NCBI GenBank assembly: GCA_977020255.1
Contig: CDROCS010001688.1
Location: forward strand, 124,001 to 188,000
DNA: 64,000 nt
Reading direction: 5' to 3'
Origin: Obrimoposthia wandeli
Lineage: Eukaryota
Below are positions 1 through 11,015 of the stretch, one piece after another (position 1 is the first letter of the stretch; the number at the start of each line of letters is the position of its first letter). Made by a program: the position numbers and the translations under genes. The notes below the pieces were generated by a model. It was given only the letters and a program-made list of their open reading frames with translations, ran no database searches and was not told the DNA's origin.

Positions 1-1
1 A

Positions 2-79
2 GTGCATCCTTTGCGAGGGCTTGCTAAGCACTCCCGACTATCGCCAATAACTGACACTACAGAAATCGAGGGTTATTAA
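2..79 (+). CDS. 3' end of an upstream CDS cut by the window edge (..VHPLRGLAKHSRLSPITDTTEIEGY*)
   Basis: Open frame from the window start to TAA at 77-79, two nt before the next ATG; product unknown. Confidence 0.4.
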   Translation: MHPLRGLAKHSRLSPITDTTEIEGY

Positions 80-81
80 TT

Positions 82-849
82 ATGCAAAAAGGATCACGAG
101 TAGAATTAGATCAGCAACGTCGTCAGTTTATCGGCTCTAGTTTTGCGGTTTTTAGTGTGGCCTGTATGGCCGGGGTATCAGCTCCGGTATTTGCCAACAA
201 TCATTTATTAACGGACATTGCTTCTCAAGGAAACCTCAGTCGAATTACGCAAGAGCAGGTTGCTTCAATGGAAATAAGCGCACCAACCTTTACGGTTGAA
301 ATGCCTGAAGGTGAAACGATGACATTAACACGTCAGTTGCGTATAGCACGTCGGTATCAGGATCTCTTGTATCTTTCATACCAGAACGAGCCTTCAATTC
401 ATGTCTATGATTCAGCCTCTTTGCAGTATCGTTTCGAAATCCAATTTAGTGATCAATTAGGTATATTGAAAGATTTTGCAGTGAGTGATAATGGCGATGT
501 TTTTGCGCTGTTTACCGGTCAGCACGCCATTACTCATCTGAGTTCCAATGGGGCGTTTGTCCAAAAAATAGGTGAGTTTGGAATTGATAAACAAGAGCAG
601 CTGAACGGGCCCAGCTCACTAACTATAGATTCCTTGGGCAATATTCATGTTTGGGACTTAGGTGCACGACAAATAAAAGTATTTACTTCTAATAACCAAT
701 TCGTGCGGCAGTATGGTCAAGCGCGGCTAAGTCCGGTGCAAAGGGTGAGAAGTATTGATGGGCGAGACTCTTTGGTCGTGAAAGGTGGCGTATTGGGCGA
801 TAGAGAGTGGTACTTTACGCCGGACGGGAATGCGCTACCAACCATCTAA
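82..849 (+). CDS. NHL-repeat/beta-propeller protein with a Tat-like signal
   Basis: N-terminal RRQFIG twin-arginine-like motif followed by a hydrophobic stretch; NHL-type repeat QLNGPSSLTIDSLGNIHVWD..RQIKVF. Confidence 0.7.
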   Translation: MQKGSRVELDQQRRQFIGSSFAVFSVACMAGVSAPVFANNHLLTDIASQGNLSRITQEQVASMEISAPTFTVEMPEGETMTLTRQLRIARRYQDLLYLSYQNEPSIHVYDSASLQYRFEIQFSDQLGILKDFAVSDNGDVFALFTGQHAITHLSSNGAFVQKIGEFGIDKQEQLNGPSSLTIDSLGNIHVWDLGARQIKVFTSNNQFVRQYGQARLSPVQRVRSIDGRDSLVVKGGVLGDREWYFTPDGNALPTI

Positions 850-1038
850 AACAACACAACGAGGCTTGATGAGTTGCCTATCGCGAAGTGTTAAGGTCTA
901 TTTAGACTGGCTCTTATATCAAAAAAATGAAAATTATCGATTCTTATAGCTTTTATTTATGACATAGAGGTAAACGGTATTTTTCTTTCTTACTGATCTT
1001 TCACGATAATGAGAGAACAGAAGAAAAGGATAGTGTCT

Positions 1039-1248
1039 ATGTATAAATGGATTGGCGCCGTGGTTGTTTTATTGTTGATACTTGGGTCTTTGATGACATC
1101 AGGCTTAGTAACGGCATTATTCGATCTTACTGCTTTTTTGGTTTTATTAGCTTTAGTGTGGATTCGAGCTGTTAAATCATCAGATAAGAAGCAACAAAAG
1201 CAGCAAAGCAACGGAAGTGATAGCACACCCGTTTTTAAAGCAGATTAG
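1039..1248 (+). CDS. Small two-TM membrane protein
   Basis: AAGGA RBS before ATG 1039; two hydrophobic segments; followed by a terminator. Confidence 0.6.
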   Translation: MYKWIGAVVVLLLILGSLMTSGLVTALFDLTAFLVLLALVWIRAVKSSDKKQQKQQSNGSDSTPVFKAD

Positions 1249-1259
1249 ACTATAAAAAA

Positions 1260-1279
1260 ACGAGTGCGGCTGCACTCGT
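1260..1279. terminator. Bidirectional intrinsic terminator
   Basis: Perfect stem ACGAGTGC-ggct-GCACTCGT between convergent genes, A-run on the left. Confidence 0.8.
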
Positions 1280-1301
1280 CTTGTCTTTGTTGCTCATTTA
1301 T

Positions 1302-2282
1302 TTACGCAACATTCAGCAATATATAGCTTAAAGAGCCCGTACCAATAGCCACCCAGAGTAAAACGCCCAATAGCAGTGGCTTCAGCCCTGCTGCGCGTAG
1401 CTTCTGAATGGTAATGCCTGAGCCGATTAAGAATAAGCACAGCACTAATAGTCGTTTAGATGCAACGAATACGTGGCTATAAACACTTTCTAAAGACGGA
1501 ACAAAGTGCGCGAATACAATCGCAAGGCAATAAAACAAAATAAAGTAAGGGATACCAATTTTCTTATTGTCACCTTTAAATAGAAATGCACTTAAAAAGG
1601 CAATGGGTACAATCCATAATGCACGTGCCAGCTTAATGGTTGTGGCCGTTCGTAATGCTTCATCACCGTAAGCGCCCGCAGCACCCACCACCGATGATGT
1701 ATCGTGAATAGCAATTGCAGCCCAAGTACCAAAAGCGTGTTGGCTCATTTCAAGTAAATGACCAATCGCAGGGAAGATAAACAACGCAATGGAATTCAAT
1801 ACAAATACCGTTGCTAATGCTAAAGAGGTTTGATCGTCTCGAGCATTAATCGCAGGTGCGACGGCAGCAATGGCACTACCACCACAAATAGCGGTACCTG
1901 AAGCAATTAAATGCCCGGTCTTTTGGTCTAAACGTAGCGCCTTGGTAAGAAACCAGCCGAAAATCAGAGTGAAAAAAATTGATCCGACAATTAAGCCAAA
2001 GCCTTGCGTACTGGCAGAAATCGCCTGATCAAGGTTAATGCCAAAGCCAAGGCCGATAATTGAATAAGCGAGTAATTTCTTAGTGGCTGCGGCTATGTTT
2101 AGTTTGGTTGGAACAAACCCGAAGCTGGCTAATGTAAAGCCTAAGATAAGCGCGACGGGTGAGCTGATAACTGGCAGCAGGCATAAAAGTGCAATGATAA
2201 AAAATAGGGAGTCAGACGCCTGGAATTCTTTCCCTTTTAACTGAAAAGTATACGGTTTACGAGAAGGTTTATTAGATGACAT
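1302..2282 (-). CDS. YeiH/UPF0324 family putative sulfate exporter
   Basis: Multi-TM; motifs [34 protein letters not shown]. Confidence 0.85.
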   Translation of the reverse strand: MSSNKPSRKPYTFQLKGKEFQASDSLFFIIALLCLLPVISSPVALILGFTLASFGFVPTKLNIAAATKKLLAYSIIGLGFGINLDQAISASTQGFGLIVGSIFFTLIFGWFLTKALRLDQKTGHLIASGTAICGGSAIAAVAPAINARDDQTSLALATVFVLNSIALFIFPAIGHLLEMSQHAFGTWAAIAIHDTSSVVGAAGAYGDEALRTATTIKLARALWIVPIAFLSAFLFKGDNKKIGIPYFILFYCLAIVFAHFVPSLESVYSHVFVASKRLLVLCLFLIGSGITIQKLRAAGLKPLLLGVLLWVAIGTGSLSYILLNVA

Positions 2283-2456
2283 TGATTACACTAAAATGAG
2301 GAAATAAAAGTGAGAGAAGTATACGTGCTGAAAAACATTCCGTAGATTTAAATATTTTGATGCTAGGGTTCAATATTATTGAACATATGGTTAAGCGGTT
2401 CTAAATAGCTTTTTATTTTGATCACGGTAAGATTTATATCGAACAAAAGCAAGGTA

Positions 2457-2780
2457 TTATTTTTTATCCCATTTACCGGAAGGTGTTTGGTAATAATGCC
2501 CACGTTGCGTTTTTTCGAGTGCTTTTTTGGCGGCAAGTTTACCGACTTCTACGTTGCTTAATCCGTGAGAGACTGCGATTTTTTTATAGCGACTTTTACG
2601 CTGTGAATTAACTTGAGACACAAGTTTTTTCACATCAGAAGATGCGCTAGAGGTAACCACAGCGATATAGCCTTTATTGGTTTCACCCACTAAACCTTGT
2701 GATTTAGCTTGTTGTAAGTCAATTGCGAGCACACTTGCACTCATGAATAGCGCGATACAAAATAGTAGTAAATTCTTCAT
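2457..2780 (-). CDS. ydbL: YdbL/DUF1318 family periplasmic protein
   Basis: AKSQGLVGETNKGYI motif; third gene of the ydbH-ynbE-ydbL operon; start taken at MKNLLL after GGAG. Confidence 0.85.
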   Translation of the reverse strand: MKNLLLFCIALFMSASVLAIDLQQAKSQGLVGETNKGYIAVVTSSASSDVKKLVSQVNSQRKSRYKKIAVSHGLSNVEVGKLAAKKALEKTQRGHYYQTPSGKWDKK

Positions 2781-2798
2781 GGCATTCTCCCTGCGCAT

Positions 2799-3008
2799 TC
2801 AGAATACATCATCATCACTAAATAAATCATCAATTTCTTTATCAACTTTTATTCTGATCTCGTGTTCAATCTTAACATTGAGGTTAATTTCGATGGGTTT
2901 ATCTGATGCCGCGACTTGTACTGTTGGCGTGCAACCCGTAGTCATCGATAGCATTAGAGCCAATGTAAGAACTATGAGTATGAACGAAAATTTTAGTTGT
3001 ATATCCAT
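2799..3008 (-). CDS. ynbE: YnbE family lipoprotein
   Basis: Lipobox TTGC then TPTVQVAASDKPIEINLNVKIEHEIRIKVDKEIDDLF. Confidence 0.9.
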   Translation of the reverse strand: MDIQLKFSFILIVLTLALMLSMTTGCTPTVQVAASDKPIEINLNVKIEHEIRIKVDKEIDDLFSDDDVF

Positions 3009-3054
3009 GGGGCTGTGACCTTCTTAGCCTTGTTTAATACTTGCGCGAAAATAG

Positions 3055-6000
3055 CTACTCATCTATACCCAACTGCTTTAAAAAAAGACCTTCCAATTGT
3101 GATGAATCAATGGCGTTCATCGTTTTTAGTAATGCTGGAATGTTGTCTTCAATATTCAGGTTTAAATTCACTGGTCTTCCATTTTGAAATTGAGGATTGC
3201 GACCTTTAAATCGTGAACTTGCCTTTAATTTACCTTCTTTAGAATAGTCTATATCAATAGCAAGTGCGTCGTAGTTATAATTTTTGAGAATCTTGCTAAC
3301 TACTAGTATGCTATTTTCTCCTGCCGCCTCTACGTTTTTGTCGATACGCGATCCCTCTAAGTAACGTAATACGCCACCGGGGTAGCGAGAGTGAAGTGTA
3401 CCGTTCGTTACAACGGGCAAACCGTCATGAATAGCCAATGGTATTTGGCCATCTAGAATACCCGTTAACTCTATTTCTTCATGCTCGATATGTGCCAAGG
3501 CTTGTTCAAGGTGAAGGTTATGTATCACTATAGGGATATGTTCTATCGTAGTCAGGCTATTACTTGATACATTGTGCGTACTAATATTACCCCCGAAAAC
3601 CTCGGCAAATACACGATTTAACTGATATTTTTCTTTTTCTGTATCTAATTCAAACACCATAGAGATATTGTTAAATAGCACACCCAAATGGACTAATTCG
3701 GCATGAATACTAATGGGGTATTTTGATTTAATACCCAGTGGAGAAAATAATAGTGTGGTCGATGAATCAACATTCGCAAAATGAAACCCTTTATAGTAGC
3801 CCGACAAGCTATTTGCGAAGAGTGATACATCTCCAGATGTAACCCCTTTATCGATAAGAACATTGGCCTGCAAGGTAATAGAGCCTTGGTTAAGATCGTA
3901 ATCAATCGGTAAATGTGGCAAGAAGTGTTTTTTCAAAGAATGGGCTGATGAAAAAGTAATTTCATTACGGTGTAACTCTATTTGGGTTTTTTGACGTTTC
4001 AAATAAGAGTTAACAGTAAAACGGACTAAACGTGCCATTTTATAATTGGTTAAATCACCAGAAACGATTAGATTGTCAGGATTAAAAGAAAGGTTTCCTT
4101 GGCTGGAAAAAGGAGGTAATCGCTGCTGATTCTGTTTCATGCTTATTGTTGTTTGGTAATGACTTTGCAGTGTTAGCTGATTATCAATAGGCTTATTTAA
4201 GCGAAATTCAGAGATGTTAAGGTCAAGCTTTCCATTGTATTTTTGAGTGGGAATCGGTGTGTTTTTAGCCACAATCTGTTGGTGTTTTTGTTCTGAAATC
4301 GGGGCGTTATCAATGATTTTTTCTGCATATAAACTCGCAGAAAAAGAGGCATCTGTTGGTTTCGGTTGGGTTAATGTTAGGCCGTTGATTGCGCTATAGC
4401 GCAGTATCATGTTATCGATGTTTAATTTGGCATCAGAGGCTTCAGAAATCAGAAATTCAGGACGACCGGAATACACTAATTGCTCGCTTGTTATTTGAGT
4501 CTTAAGAAAAGAAATTGCGGTATTACGTCCTAATTGCATATCAATATTTGAATGTAGTGAAAGATCCTTTAAATGCAGATTTTCGATGGGAGATATGAAC
4601 GGTATTTTCGCTTTTACTGTGCCTTTTATGTGACATTGTAACGCGCGTTGTGAGATGTTGCTTTCACACATTAAGACATTAAGTTTATGCGTAATCTCTG
4701 ATTGCGTCTTTTTGTTTTTTAAGCGTATTGTTTCCGATTTATTGAGTAAGGTTAACTTGAGTGTTTCTTTATGGTAACGCGCGATTAAACGTAATTGTCC
4801 GTCTGTTAAGAGTTCGATATTGGCAACGGTTTGTAATGGTTGAAAATACACAGCGTAATGATTGAGTTCGACGGGCAACGACTTGGGTAGTGAAATGTCG
4901 ATCTGATACTTTGCATCGATGACTTTGTTATCAATCACCACATTTTTTTCATCACTCTCCAGTTGTTTCGCTGTAATAACGATAGGGTGAGTGAGCTTCG
5001 CGCTGGGTATATTGTTAAGTTTAAATCGCTCGGTAATATCTTTGGTGTTTTTAAAATCTGCACTGCAGGTTAAGTCTTTAGGTAATGGCTGGCTAAAGCG
5101 AATGTTTGCCTTACAGTTAAGCGAATTACCTTTAGGGCCCGACATCAAGCCAGTAAAATACGCATCGTCTTTATTTAAATGCTTGATGTGTACATTAAGA
5201 TCGTAAGGGTTGGGGGCGAGTGCTTTACCTTTTAGGGTGAACTTTGCCAGCTTAGATTTTTTACCTGATCGTAGCGTTGGCGTTTCAAGCACGAGCTTGG
5301 CATCAAGAATCAGTTGTCCGTAAGTGAATTTTTTTACTTTTAGCTTTTTAAAGGGCAATTGGGCGAGGTTTGCAATGGTTTGCCCTAAATGAATGCTTTT
5401 GTTTTCGTTATCAGGTTGTTCGATAAAGCTAGGTAGTCGGGTCGGTTGATCGAGTAAGGCCGTGTCTGCATGTAACATCATGGTTTTTGTTGGGCGGTTG
5501 ATATCCATGTCTAGCGATGCATTGGTAACGTGCTGTTTAAATCCTTCATTAATGGTTTTCCACGTAGGTTCAATTTTAGCGATGTGAATCGATAACGGTG
5601 TACTGTTAGGACGCCAAGCAATCGAGAAATTAGCTTTATTAAACCGCAGTGGATAATGGGGTGATGTTTTTAAGTTAGGAAAAAAGAGTGAAAAGTCCCC
5701 TTGCTGAATCATTCCGCTGATTGTGAAGTCTGGTTGTGTTGCGAGCACTAAATCCACATTGTTAACGGCTTGCTTTGCTCTAAGCTCTGTACCATCAGAA
5801 TGAAATGCCGCGGTTGTGATACGTCTAGCGTGGGCGCTGAATATATAGGGGGAAGATAAATCAGTAAAGTTAAGTGAGGTGTCGAATAAGTGGATATATT
5901 GCAGGCGTATCCCTTGCTTATTTAGCGCATCTTCTACCTCTGTGGGTAATCGGATGTCTGTTTTTTCTGCAAATAAACGCCATGATGCGGCAGATATAGC

Positions 6001-6288
6001 ACTTTCATTATCAATAAATCGCCCGACAGAAATATTGGTGAACCTTAATCGATATTGACTTATCACCACAGAGATCTTCTCTATCATCAAACCATTTTTA
6101 ATATTAACCCCAGAAATTGACGTGATCTCTATCCCTTTGGTGGCTAACCAAGGTGGAATGAAAATGCTGGGTAGCAAAAGGCTGATTAATAAAAACAGCA
6201 GAATGAAGCGTAGATAACGCTTTTTGTGAGTTCTTAATGGTGTTGAACTCGTTGTTTTTAATGGATCGTCAGGTTCGGTTGGCGTCAT
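3055..6288 (-). CDS. ydbH: YdbH-family AsmA-like intermembrane bridge protein
   Basis: 1077 aa, single N-terminal TM, C-terminal GRNP..QNGRPVNLNLNIEDNIPALL; upstream of ynbE. Confidence 0.85.
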   Translation of the reverse strand: MTPTEPDDPLKTTSSTPLRTHKKRYLRFILLFLLISLLLPSIFIPPWLATKGIEITSISGVNIKNGLMIEKISVVISQYRLRFTNISVGRFIDNESAISAASWRLFAEKTDIRLPTEVEDALNKQGIRLQYIHLFDTSLNFTDLSSPYIFSAHARRITTAAFHSDGTELRAKQAVNNVDLVLATQPDFTISGMIQQGDFSLFFPNLKTSPHYPLRFNKANFSIAWRPNSTPLSIHIAKIEPTWKTINEGFKQHVTNASLDMDINRPTKTMMLHADTALLDQPTRLPSFIEQPDNENKSIHLGQTIANLAQLPFKKLKVKKFTYGQLILDAKLVLETPTLRSGKKSKLAKFTLKGKALAPNPYDLNVHIKHLNKDDAYFTGLMSGPKGNSLNCKANIRFSQPLPKDLTCSADFKNTKDITERFKLNNIPSAKLTHPIVITAKQLESDEKNVVIDNKVIDAKYQIDISLPKSLPVELNHYAVYFQPLQTVANIELLTDGQLRLIARYHKETLKLTLLNKSETIRLKNKKTQSEITHKLNVLMCESNISQRALQCHIKGTVKAKIPFISPIENLHLKDLSLHSNIDMQLGRNTAISFLKTQITSEQLVYSGRPEFLISEASDAKLNIDNMILRYSAINGLTLTQPKPTDASFSASLYAEKIIDNAPISEQKHQQIVAKNTPIPTQKYNGKLDLNISEFRLNKPIDNQLTLQSHYQTTISMKQNQQRLPPFSSQGNLSFNPDNLIVSGDLTNYKMARLVRFTVNSYLKRQKTQIELHRNEITFSSAHSLKKHFLPHLPIDYDLNQGSITLQANVLIDKGVTSGDVSLFANSLSGYYKGFHFANVDSSTTLLFSPLGIKSKYPISIHAELVHLGVLFNNISMVFELDTEKEKYQLNRVFAEVFGGNISTHNVSSNSLTTIEHIPIVIHNLHLEQALAHIEHEEIELTGILDGQIPLAIHDGLPVVTNGTLHSRYPGGVLRYLEGSRIDKNVEAAGENSILVVSKILKNYNYDALAIDIDYSKEGKLKASSRFKGRNPQFQNGRPVNLNLNIEDNIPALLKTMNAIDSSQLEGLFLKQLGIDE

Positions 6289-6892
6289 TTGGTGTTGTCG
6301 TGTTCCTTTTTCTATTTATTTTGTTTGCTATGTACGCTTCTCATGAATTTGAATGAATCATGGTGGGGCATAATTATTATCTGTATCAGGAAGATAGCTG
6401 TCTGATAAGGTCTTTTAAGCATAAACCGTGAAGCGTGTATTAGGCATTTTTTTTTCGTCTATATTATGAGAAAAATGTTTTGAGAAAAAAGGTACATATT
6501 AAAGAGAGAACACCAAGAATAGTGCTTGGATGAGGCTTTAATGCAATAAGTTGTACTATTTTCCCCTGCCGACATGCAGGCGAGATAAGTAGGAAGAGCC
6601 TAGATGAAAATCCTGACTTTCTAAAATGGCGCTGAAATAACAGGTTTTTTTTATTGTTTTTTTTGTCATCTATACCAGATATCAGATCTGTTACATGATT
6701 GTAAAATAGATGCAATTACTGGTTATTGATCATTTTGTAGTTTAATCGACTTTATCAGTCATTTTGAAGGGTTGCTAATTTTGTTTAAAACTGAGAAAAA
6801 AGGCTATCAGCGTTAAAACATAACCTGAAAGCACTAAAAATATAAATAAAACGATTATAAAAATAATAGGCCAAAATCATCAGGATGTGATT

Positions 6893-8173
6893 ATGCAAAA
6901 TACCGCTTCAGCTTCTTCTACTGGTTCTGTATCAAGTAGTCGGATAAAACAACTAATACACTCCCTTGGTCCTGGCATCATGATGGCAACTGCTGCTGTT
7001 GGTGGTTCTCACCTTGTTGCATCGACAAAATCAGGGGCTATTTTCGGCTGGCAATTAGCGGGGCTTATTCTGTTAGTTAACTTTTTTAAATACCCATTTT
7101 TTAGAGCCGGTGTCCAATATACGATGGGCACAGGTAAGAGCCTCATTCAAGGTTATAGTGAAATGGGGCGTGGTTACTTATGGCTATTTACTGGGCTTAA
7201 CTTAATTTCAGGTATTGTGAATACGGCAGCCTTGTTGCTGTTTAGTGCGAGCTTATTAGGCTACTTCTTACCGTTTGAATTGCCGTTAACAGCGTTAGCG
7301 GGGGTTGTGATGGTGGCATGTCTGGCTATTTTGTTTGCTGGGCACTACAAGGCGCTGGATTCGTTATCGAAAACCATTATGGCTGTGCTTGTTATCGCAA
7401 CTGTCAGTGCGGTGATTGTAGCGGCAAGTAAGGGCAGTGTTGCCCCTGCTGATTTTGAAGCTCCCTCACCATGGACAATTGCTTCTATTGGTTTTCTTGT
7501 TGTGATGATGGGGTGGATGCCAGCCCCAATTGAAATTTCCTGTTTGACGTCTTTGTGGTTGAAAAGCCAACGTAAAGAGCAAAATGTAACGGTGAAGTCT
7601 GCTTTGTTTGATTTTAATGTGGGTTATATCGGCACTGCATTATTGGCTCTCGTATTTTTAGCGTTAGGCGCATTAGTATTAAACGGTAATGGTGCAGAGC
7701 TGAAAACATCAGGTATTGGTTTTTCGCATCAGCTGGTGAGTATGTACGCTTCAACGATTGGTGAGTGGTCTCGTTACCTTATTGCAGTTATCGCCTTCTT
7801 TTGTATATTCGGCAGCGCTATAACGGTAATAGACGGCTATTCTCGTGCATTAGCGGAAGCCAACTTACTTATTCAGAAAAAAGAGCTTGATCAGCGTCGT
7901 TACCATCACGGTTGGATGTTAGTTGTTGGCGGCTGTGCAATGGGAATCTTACTGTTCTTCACGTCGGCGCTTATGCCTATGCTGGATTTTGCCATGATAT
8001 TGGCATTCATGACCACGCCAATCTTTGCTTTAGTTAACTACTTGCTGGTGACACGTACTAAATTGCCTGAAGGGTTATCGATGAGTCGTTCGATGAAAGT
8101 ATTGTCTTGGGCTGGCTTAACGTATCTATTTGGCTTCCTTGCGATATTCATTTGGTGGAAGTGGTTAATGTAA
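6893..8173 (+). CDS. NRAMP-like divalent metal cation transporter
   Basis: LGPGIMMATAAVGGSHLVAST motif; about 11 TM helices. Confidence 0.8.
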   Translation: MQNTASASSTGSVSSSRIKQLIHSLGPGIMMATAAVGGSHLVASTKSGAIFGWQLAGLILLVNFFKYPFFRAGVQYTMGTGKSLIQGYSEMGRGYLWLFTGLNLISGIVNTAALLLFSASLLGYFLPFELPLTALAGVVMVACLAILFAGHYKALDSLSKTIMAVLVIATVSAVIVAASKGSVAPADFEAPSPWTIASIGFLVVMMGWMPAPIEISCLTSLWLKSQRKEQNVTVKSALFDFNVGYIGTALLALVFLALGALVLNGNGAELKTSGIGFSHQLVSMYASTIGEWSRYLIAVIAFFCIFGSAITVIDGYSRALAEANLLIQKKELDQRRYHHGWMLVVGGCAMGILLFFTSALMPMLDFAMILAFMTTPIFALVNYLLVTRTKLPEGLSMSRSMKVLSWAGLTYLFGFLAIFIWWKWLM

Positions 8174-8235
8174 TCGCGCTAGCTTAAATGATTAAGCTGT
8201 TAAATCGATAAGCTTAAATCAGTATGTTAATAAAG

Positions 8236-8263
8236 AAGCCCTCAAACTGTGAGGGCTTTTTTT
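8236..8263 (+). terminator. Intrinsic terminator
   Basis: AAGCCCTCA-aactg-TGAGGGCTT followed by a T-run. Confidence 0.8.
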
Positions 8264-8299
8264 GTGTTATTTATTACTGTTTCATATCACTCTGACGAT

Positions 8300-8680
8300 T
8301 TACCCAGCAAGCGAGGGGTCACATTCATATTTGAAAAAAGATTTCATTGGTGATTGATGATTAATTGAATGCATGGCCGAAAATAACGCATCTTGGAGCA
8401 AGTCTTTATTATTGGTATCAAGCCCATTGATTGCAGTATTAAGAGACGCTTGTATGTGTTCAATATGTTCTATCGTGCGTTCTATTTCGAGTAAATTGTT
8501 TAACGCTATTTCGCGAATATCATGAGATATCACATCATCAATGCTTTGGTTCGATGTATCTATGATTTGAGCCGTGTGTTGTTTTAGCGATAAGATCGTG
8601 TCTGTCAGAGATTTTTGTAGCATGCATATTATCCTTAATATTTGCTTTGAAGAGTATTTACGTTTCGTTTGTAGATTCAA
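8300..8680 (-). CDS. Hypothetical helical protein
   Basis: 126-aa ORF filling the gap between convergent and tandem genes; no motif recognised. Confidence 0.55.
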   Translation of the reverse strand: MNLQTKRKYSSKQILRIICMLQKSLTDTILSLKQHTAQIIDTSNQSIDDVISHDIREIALNNLLEIERTIEHIEHIQASLNTAINGLDTNNKDLLQDALFSAMHSINHQSPMKSFFKYECDPSLAG

Positions 8681-8868
8681 TACTCTAGCAACATCTGACA
8701 GAGTTTTCTTCGGTGGACCACACTATTGTTGAAATATAATTTATTCACTCTAATGACTAAATTATCGCTATGGTTAGAAAATTCTCGAGGGGAATACATA
8801 TGTTTTTGAATGTATATTCACTTTATTGATTGTTTAAATGTGGTTGGATACCTGGTTTAATGACTAGA

Positions 8869-9759
8869 TTAGTTTAAATACCTTAACCAATTTCGAGAAA
8901 TTGATTCATATTCATAAATGCAGGTATCTTCACGTTCTTGTTGTGAACCATCATCTATTTCTGATAGCAAACTTTTATATTCGTCAGGATCACTGCCATA
9001 AATTAAGCACAGCATATGAAAGTAACGTTGAATATCTAAACTATGTTCATCGATAAAGTCGAGGTTATCGAATGTGTCTATGTCTTGATCTTCAAAAGCG
9101 AAGAGGTCAGCTGAACTGATTGCAATATCGGCACCATTGTCGACATAGTTGAGTAGTATTATTGTTGCAAAATTATCGACGGCATCTTCTTCTTTACCCA
9201 AGATAGGAATGTCTCTGTCTGCGATAAATGCATGGCCTAATTCATGAAGTAATGTATGCGCTAAAGTGTCGAGTGTCGCTTGAACTTCATCTACGCCTGT
9301 TTCCGCATAATGGTTTTGAGTAAAGCGTATCATCGCGTCATTGATGTATTGATAGGGAATCTGAATTTGATGGATTTCAGGATCATAAAGAGGGCCATCC
9401 TTTGCACCGAAAACAATAGTGAGCTGGGGTGAAAATTGCACATACTGTTGGCTTATGTCACTTACCATTTTAATCGCATCTGATTGCTTAATTAATTGCA
9501 TGGCTTTTTTATCTTGCGCTGAATTAGCTTCTAGATATTGGTATGTAACGGTAGGGATAGATGTTATTGGCGTTGTCACAGCTTGTTCGGAATTGGCATG
9601 CACTGAAAACGAACTGGCTAGCCATAAAATAACCGCAGGTTTAACACAAGAACGAATACATTGAGAAGAAAAGCTTAATGCGATAGCTAAGGGGGATCTT
9701 ATATACATAGTGGTTAGCATCCATGATGTAAAAAACGAATAAGTATAGTCAGTTAACAA
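8869..9759 (-). CDS. DUF4344-type putative zinc metallopeptidase, exported
   Basis: HELGH zincin motif, ILGKEEDAVD, DEHSLDIQRYF; true start probably downstream of 9759. Confidence 0.8.
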   Translation of the reverse strand: MLTDYTYSFFTSWMLTTMYIRSPLAIALSFSSQCIRSCVKPAVILWLASSFSVHANSEQAVTTPITSIPTVTYQYLEANSAQDKKAMQLIKQSDAIKMVSDISQQYVQFSPQLTIVFGAKDGPLYDPEIHQIQIPYQYINDAMIRFTQNHYAETGVDEVQATLDTLAHTLLHELGHAFIADRDIPILGKEEDAVDNFATIILLNYVDNGADIAISSADLFAFEDQDIDTFDNLDFIDEHSLDIQRYFHMLCLIYGSDPDEYKSLLSEIDDGSQQEREDTCIYEYESISRNWLRYLN

Positions 9760-9971
9760 GAAAGTGTTGCGATGCTTGTTTGTCCTTCTGAAAGCGTTGA
9801 CTTAAAAACCAGTGATCTATAACGTGTAATATCAGTCTAGACAAGTACCTGACCATCCTTGCTGGTTAAAATCGCTTATAACTGCGTGATAAATTTTCTA
9901 ATTATAATGACTAGTTACTATAAATTAATAGTGGCATATATACGCTAAACAATTCATAGATTGGAGATGTC

Positions 9972-10865
9972 GTGAATAAATTATTATCTTTTGAAGCTTT
10001 GATTGTCCTTGATGCGATAGATCGTCGGAAAAGCTTTGCAGCAGCCTCAGAAGAATTAGGCAGAGCACCATCTTCATTAAGTTATCAAGTTCAGAAGCTT
10101 GAACAAGATCTAGATTTAGTTATTTTTGATCGTTCAGGACACCGAGCGGTTTTTACTAAAGCTGGGCAATTGTTGCTTGAACGTGGTCGATTATTATTAT
10201 TAGCTGCCGATGAAATGATTGCAGATGCCAGTGCACTCGCGCATGGATGGGAGCTTGATTTAACCATTGCCTATGATGGGCTAGTGAGCGTAAATAGTAT
10301 GCTACCGCTGGTGGCAGAGTTGGGGAAAAAAAGTAAAACCCGAATTCGCTTTAAAGAAGAAATTCTTGCTGGTTGTTGGGAGGCATTAGCGCAAGATCGT
10401 GCCGATTTACTGATCGCGCCTGCACCGACTGTAGCGCCTCCTGAAGTGAAAATTCAGCCATTAGGTAAATTAGCGACTCTGTGGGTTGCTCATCCTGATC
10501 ATCCTATTCATAAACAAGAGAACCCGTTAGATCCTGCTGTGCGTAAGCAATATCTGGCGATTGCGGTTTCCGATACTGCACGTAATATGCCGCCTATGTC
10601 GCATAATATTTTAGAAGAACAAGCACTTCTTACTGTCAGTACCATGAATGATAAGCTGGCGGCACTGAAAACAGGTATGGGAATTGGTACATTACCTATG
10701 TGTTACGCCCAGTCGGCACTTGATAGCGGTGAGCTGGAAGTGATTGGTGATGATCCTATTTACGAGCTTGATATGGTGCTTGCATGGAATCGAAATCAAA
10801 TGGGCAAGGCAAAAGTATGGTGTATTAAAAATATTGAAAAGCTTTGGAGAAAACAGCTTAACTAG
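9972..10865 (+). CDS. LysR family regulator (YhaJ-like)
   Basis: HTH SFAAASEELGRAPSSLSYQVQKLEQDL..FDRSGHRA. Confidence 0.9.
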   Translation: MNKLLSFEALIVLDAIDRRKSFAAASEELGRAPSSLSYQVQKLEQDLDLVIFDRSGHRAVFTKAGQLLLERGRLLLLAADEMIADASALAHGWELDLTIAYDGLVSVNSMLPLVAELGKKSKTRIRFKEEILAGCWEALAQDRADLLIAPAPTVAPPEVKIQPLGKLATLWVAHPDHPIHKQENPLDPAVRKQYLAIAVSDTARNMPPMSHNILEEQALLTVSTMNDKLAALKTGMGIGTLPMCYAQSALDSGELEVIGDDPIYELDMVLAWNRNQMGKAKVWCIKNIEKLWRKQLN

Positions 10866-10958
10866 TATTTAATTCAGCACAGTTTCTTGCCGCTGTTTTG
10901 ATAGTGTAAAGCGAGATAAGCATAGAATAGTGTCGTTAATACAGAATATAAGAAGGGT

Positions 10959-11013
10959 GAGTTAATAACGGTTAGTATTATTATTAATGTTATCGTTATT
11001 AACTCGTTTTTTT
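10959..11013. terminator. Long hairpin terminator between convergent LysR and patZ genes
   Basis: 12-bp perfect arms GAGTTAATAACG/CGTTATTAACTC then a T-run. Confidence 0.7.
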
Positions 11014-11015
11014 GA

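Noticed and set aside
6289-6892. Mn (yybP-ykoY) or TPP riboswitch, or the 83-aa ORF, upstream of the NRAMP gene
   Set aside because: Conserved riboswitch motifs are absent; the ORF looks like low-complexity intergenic sequence.
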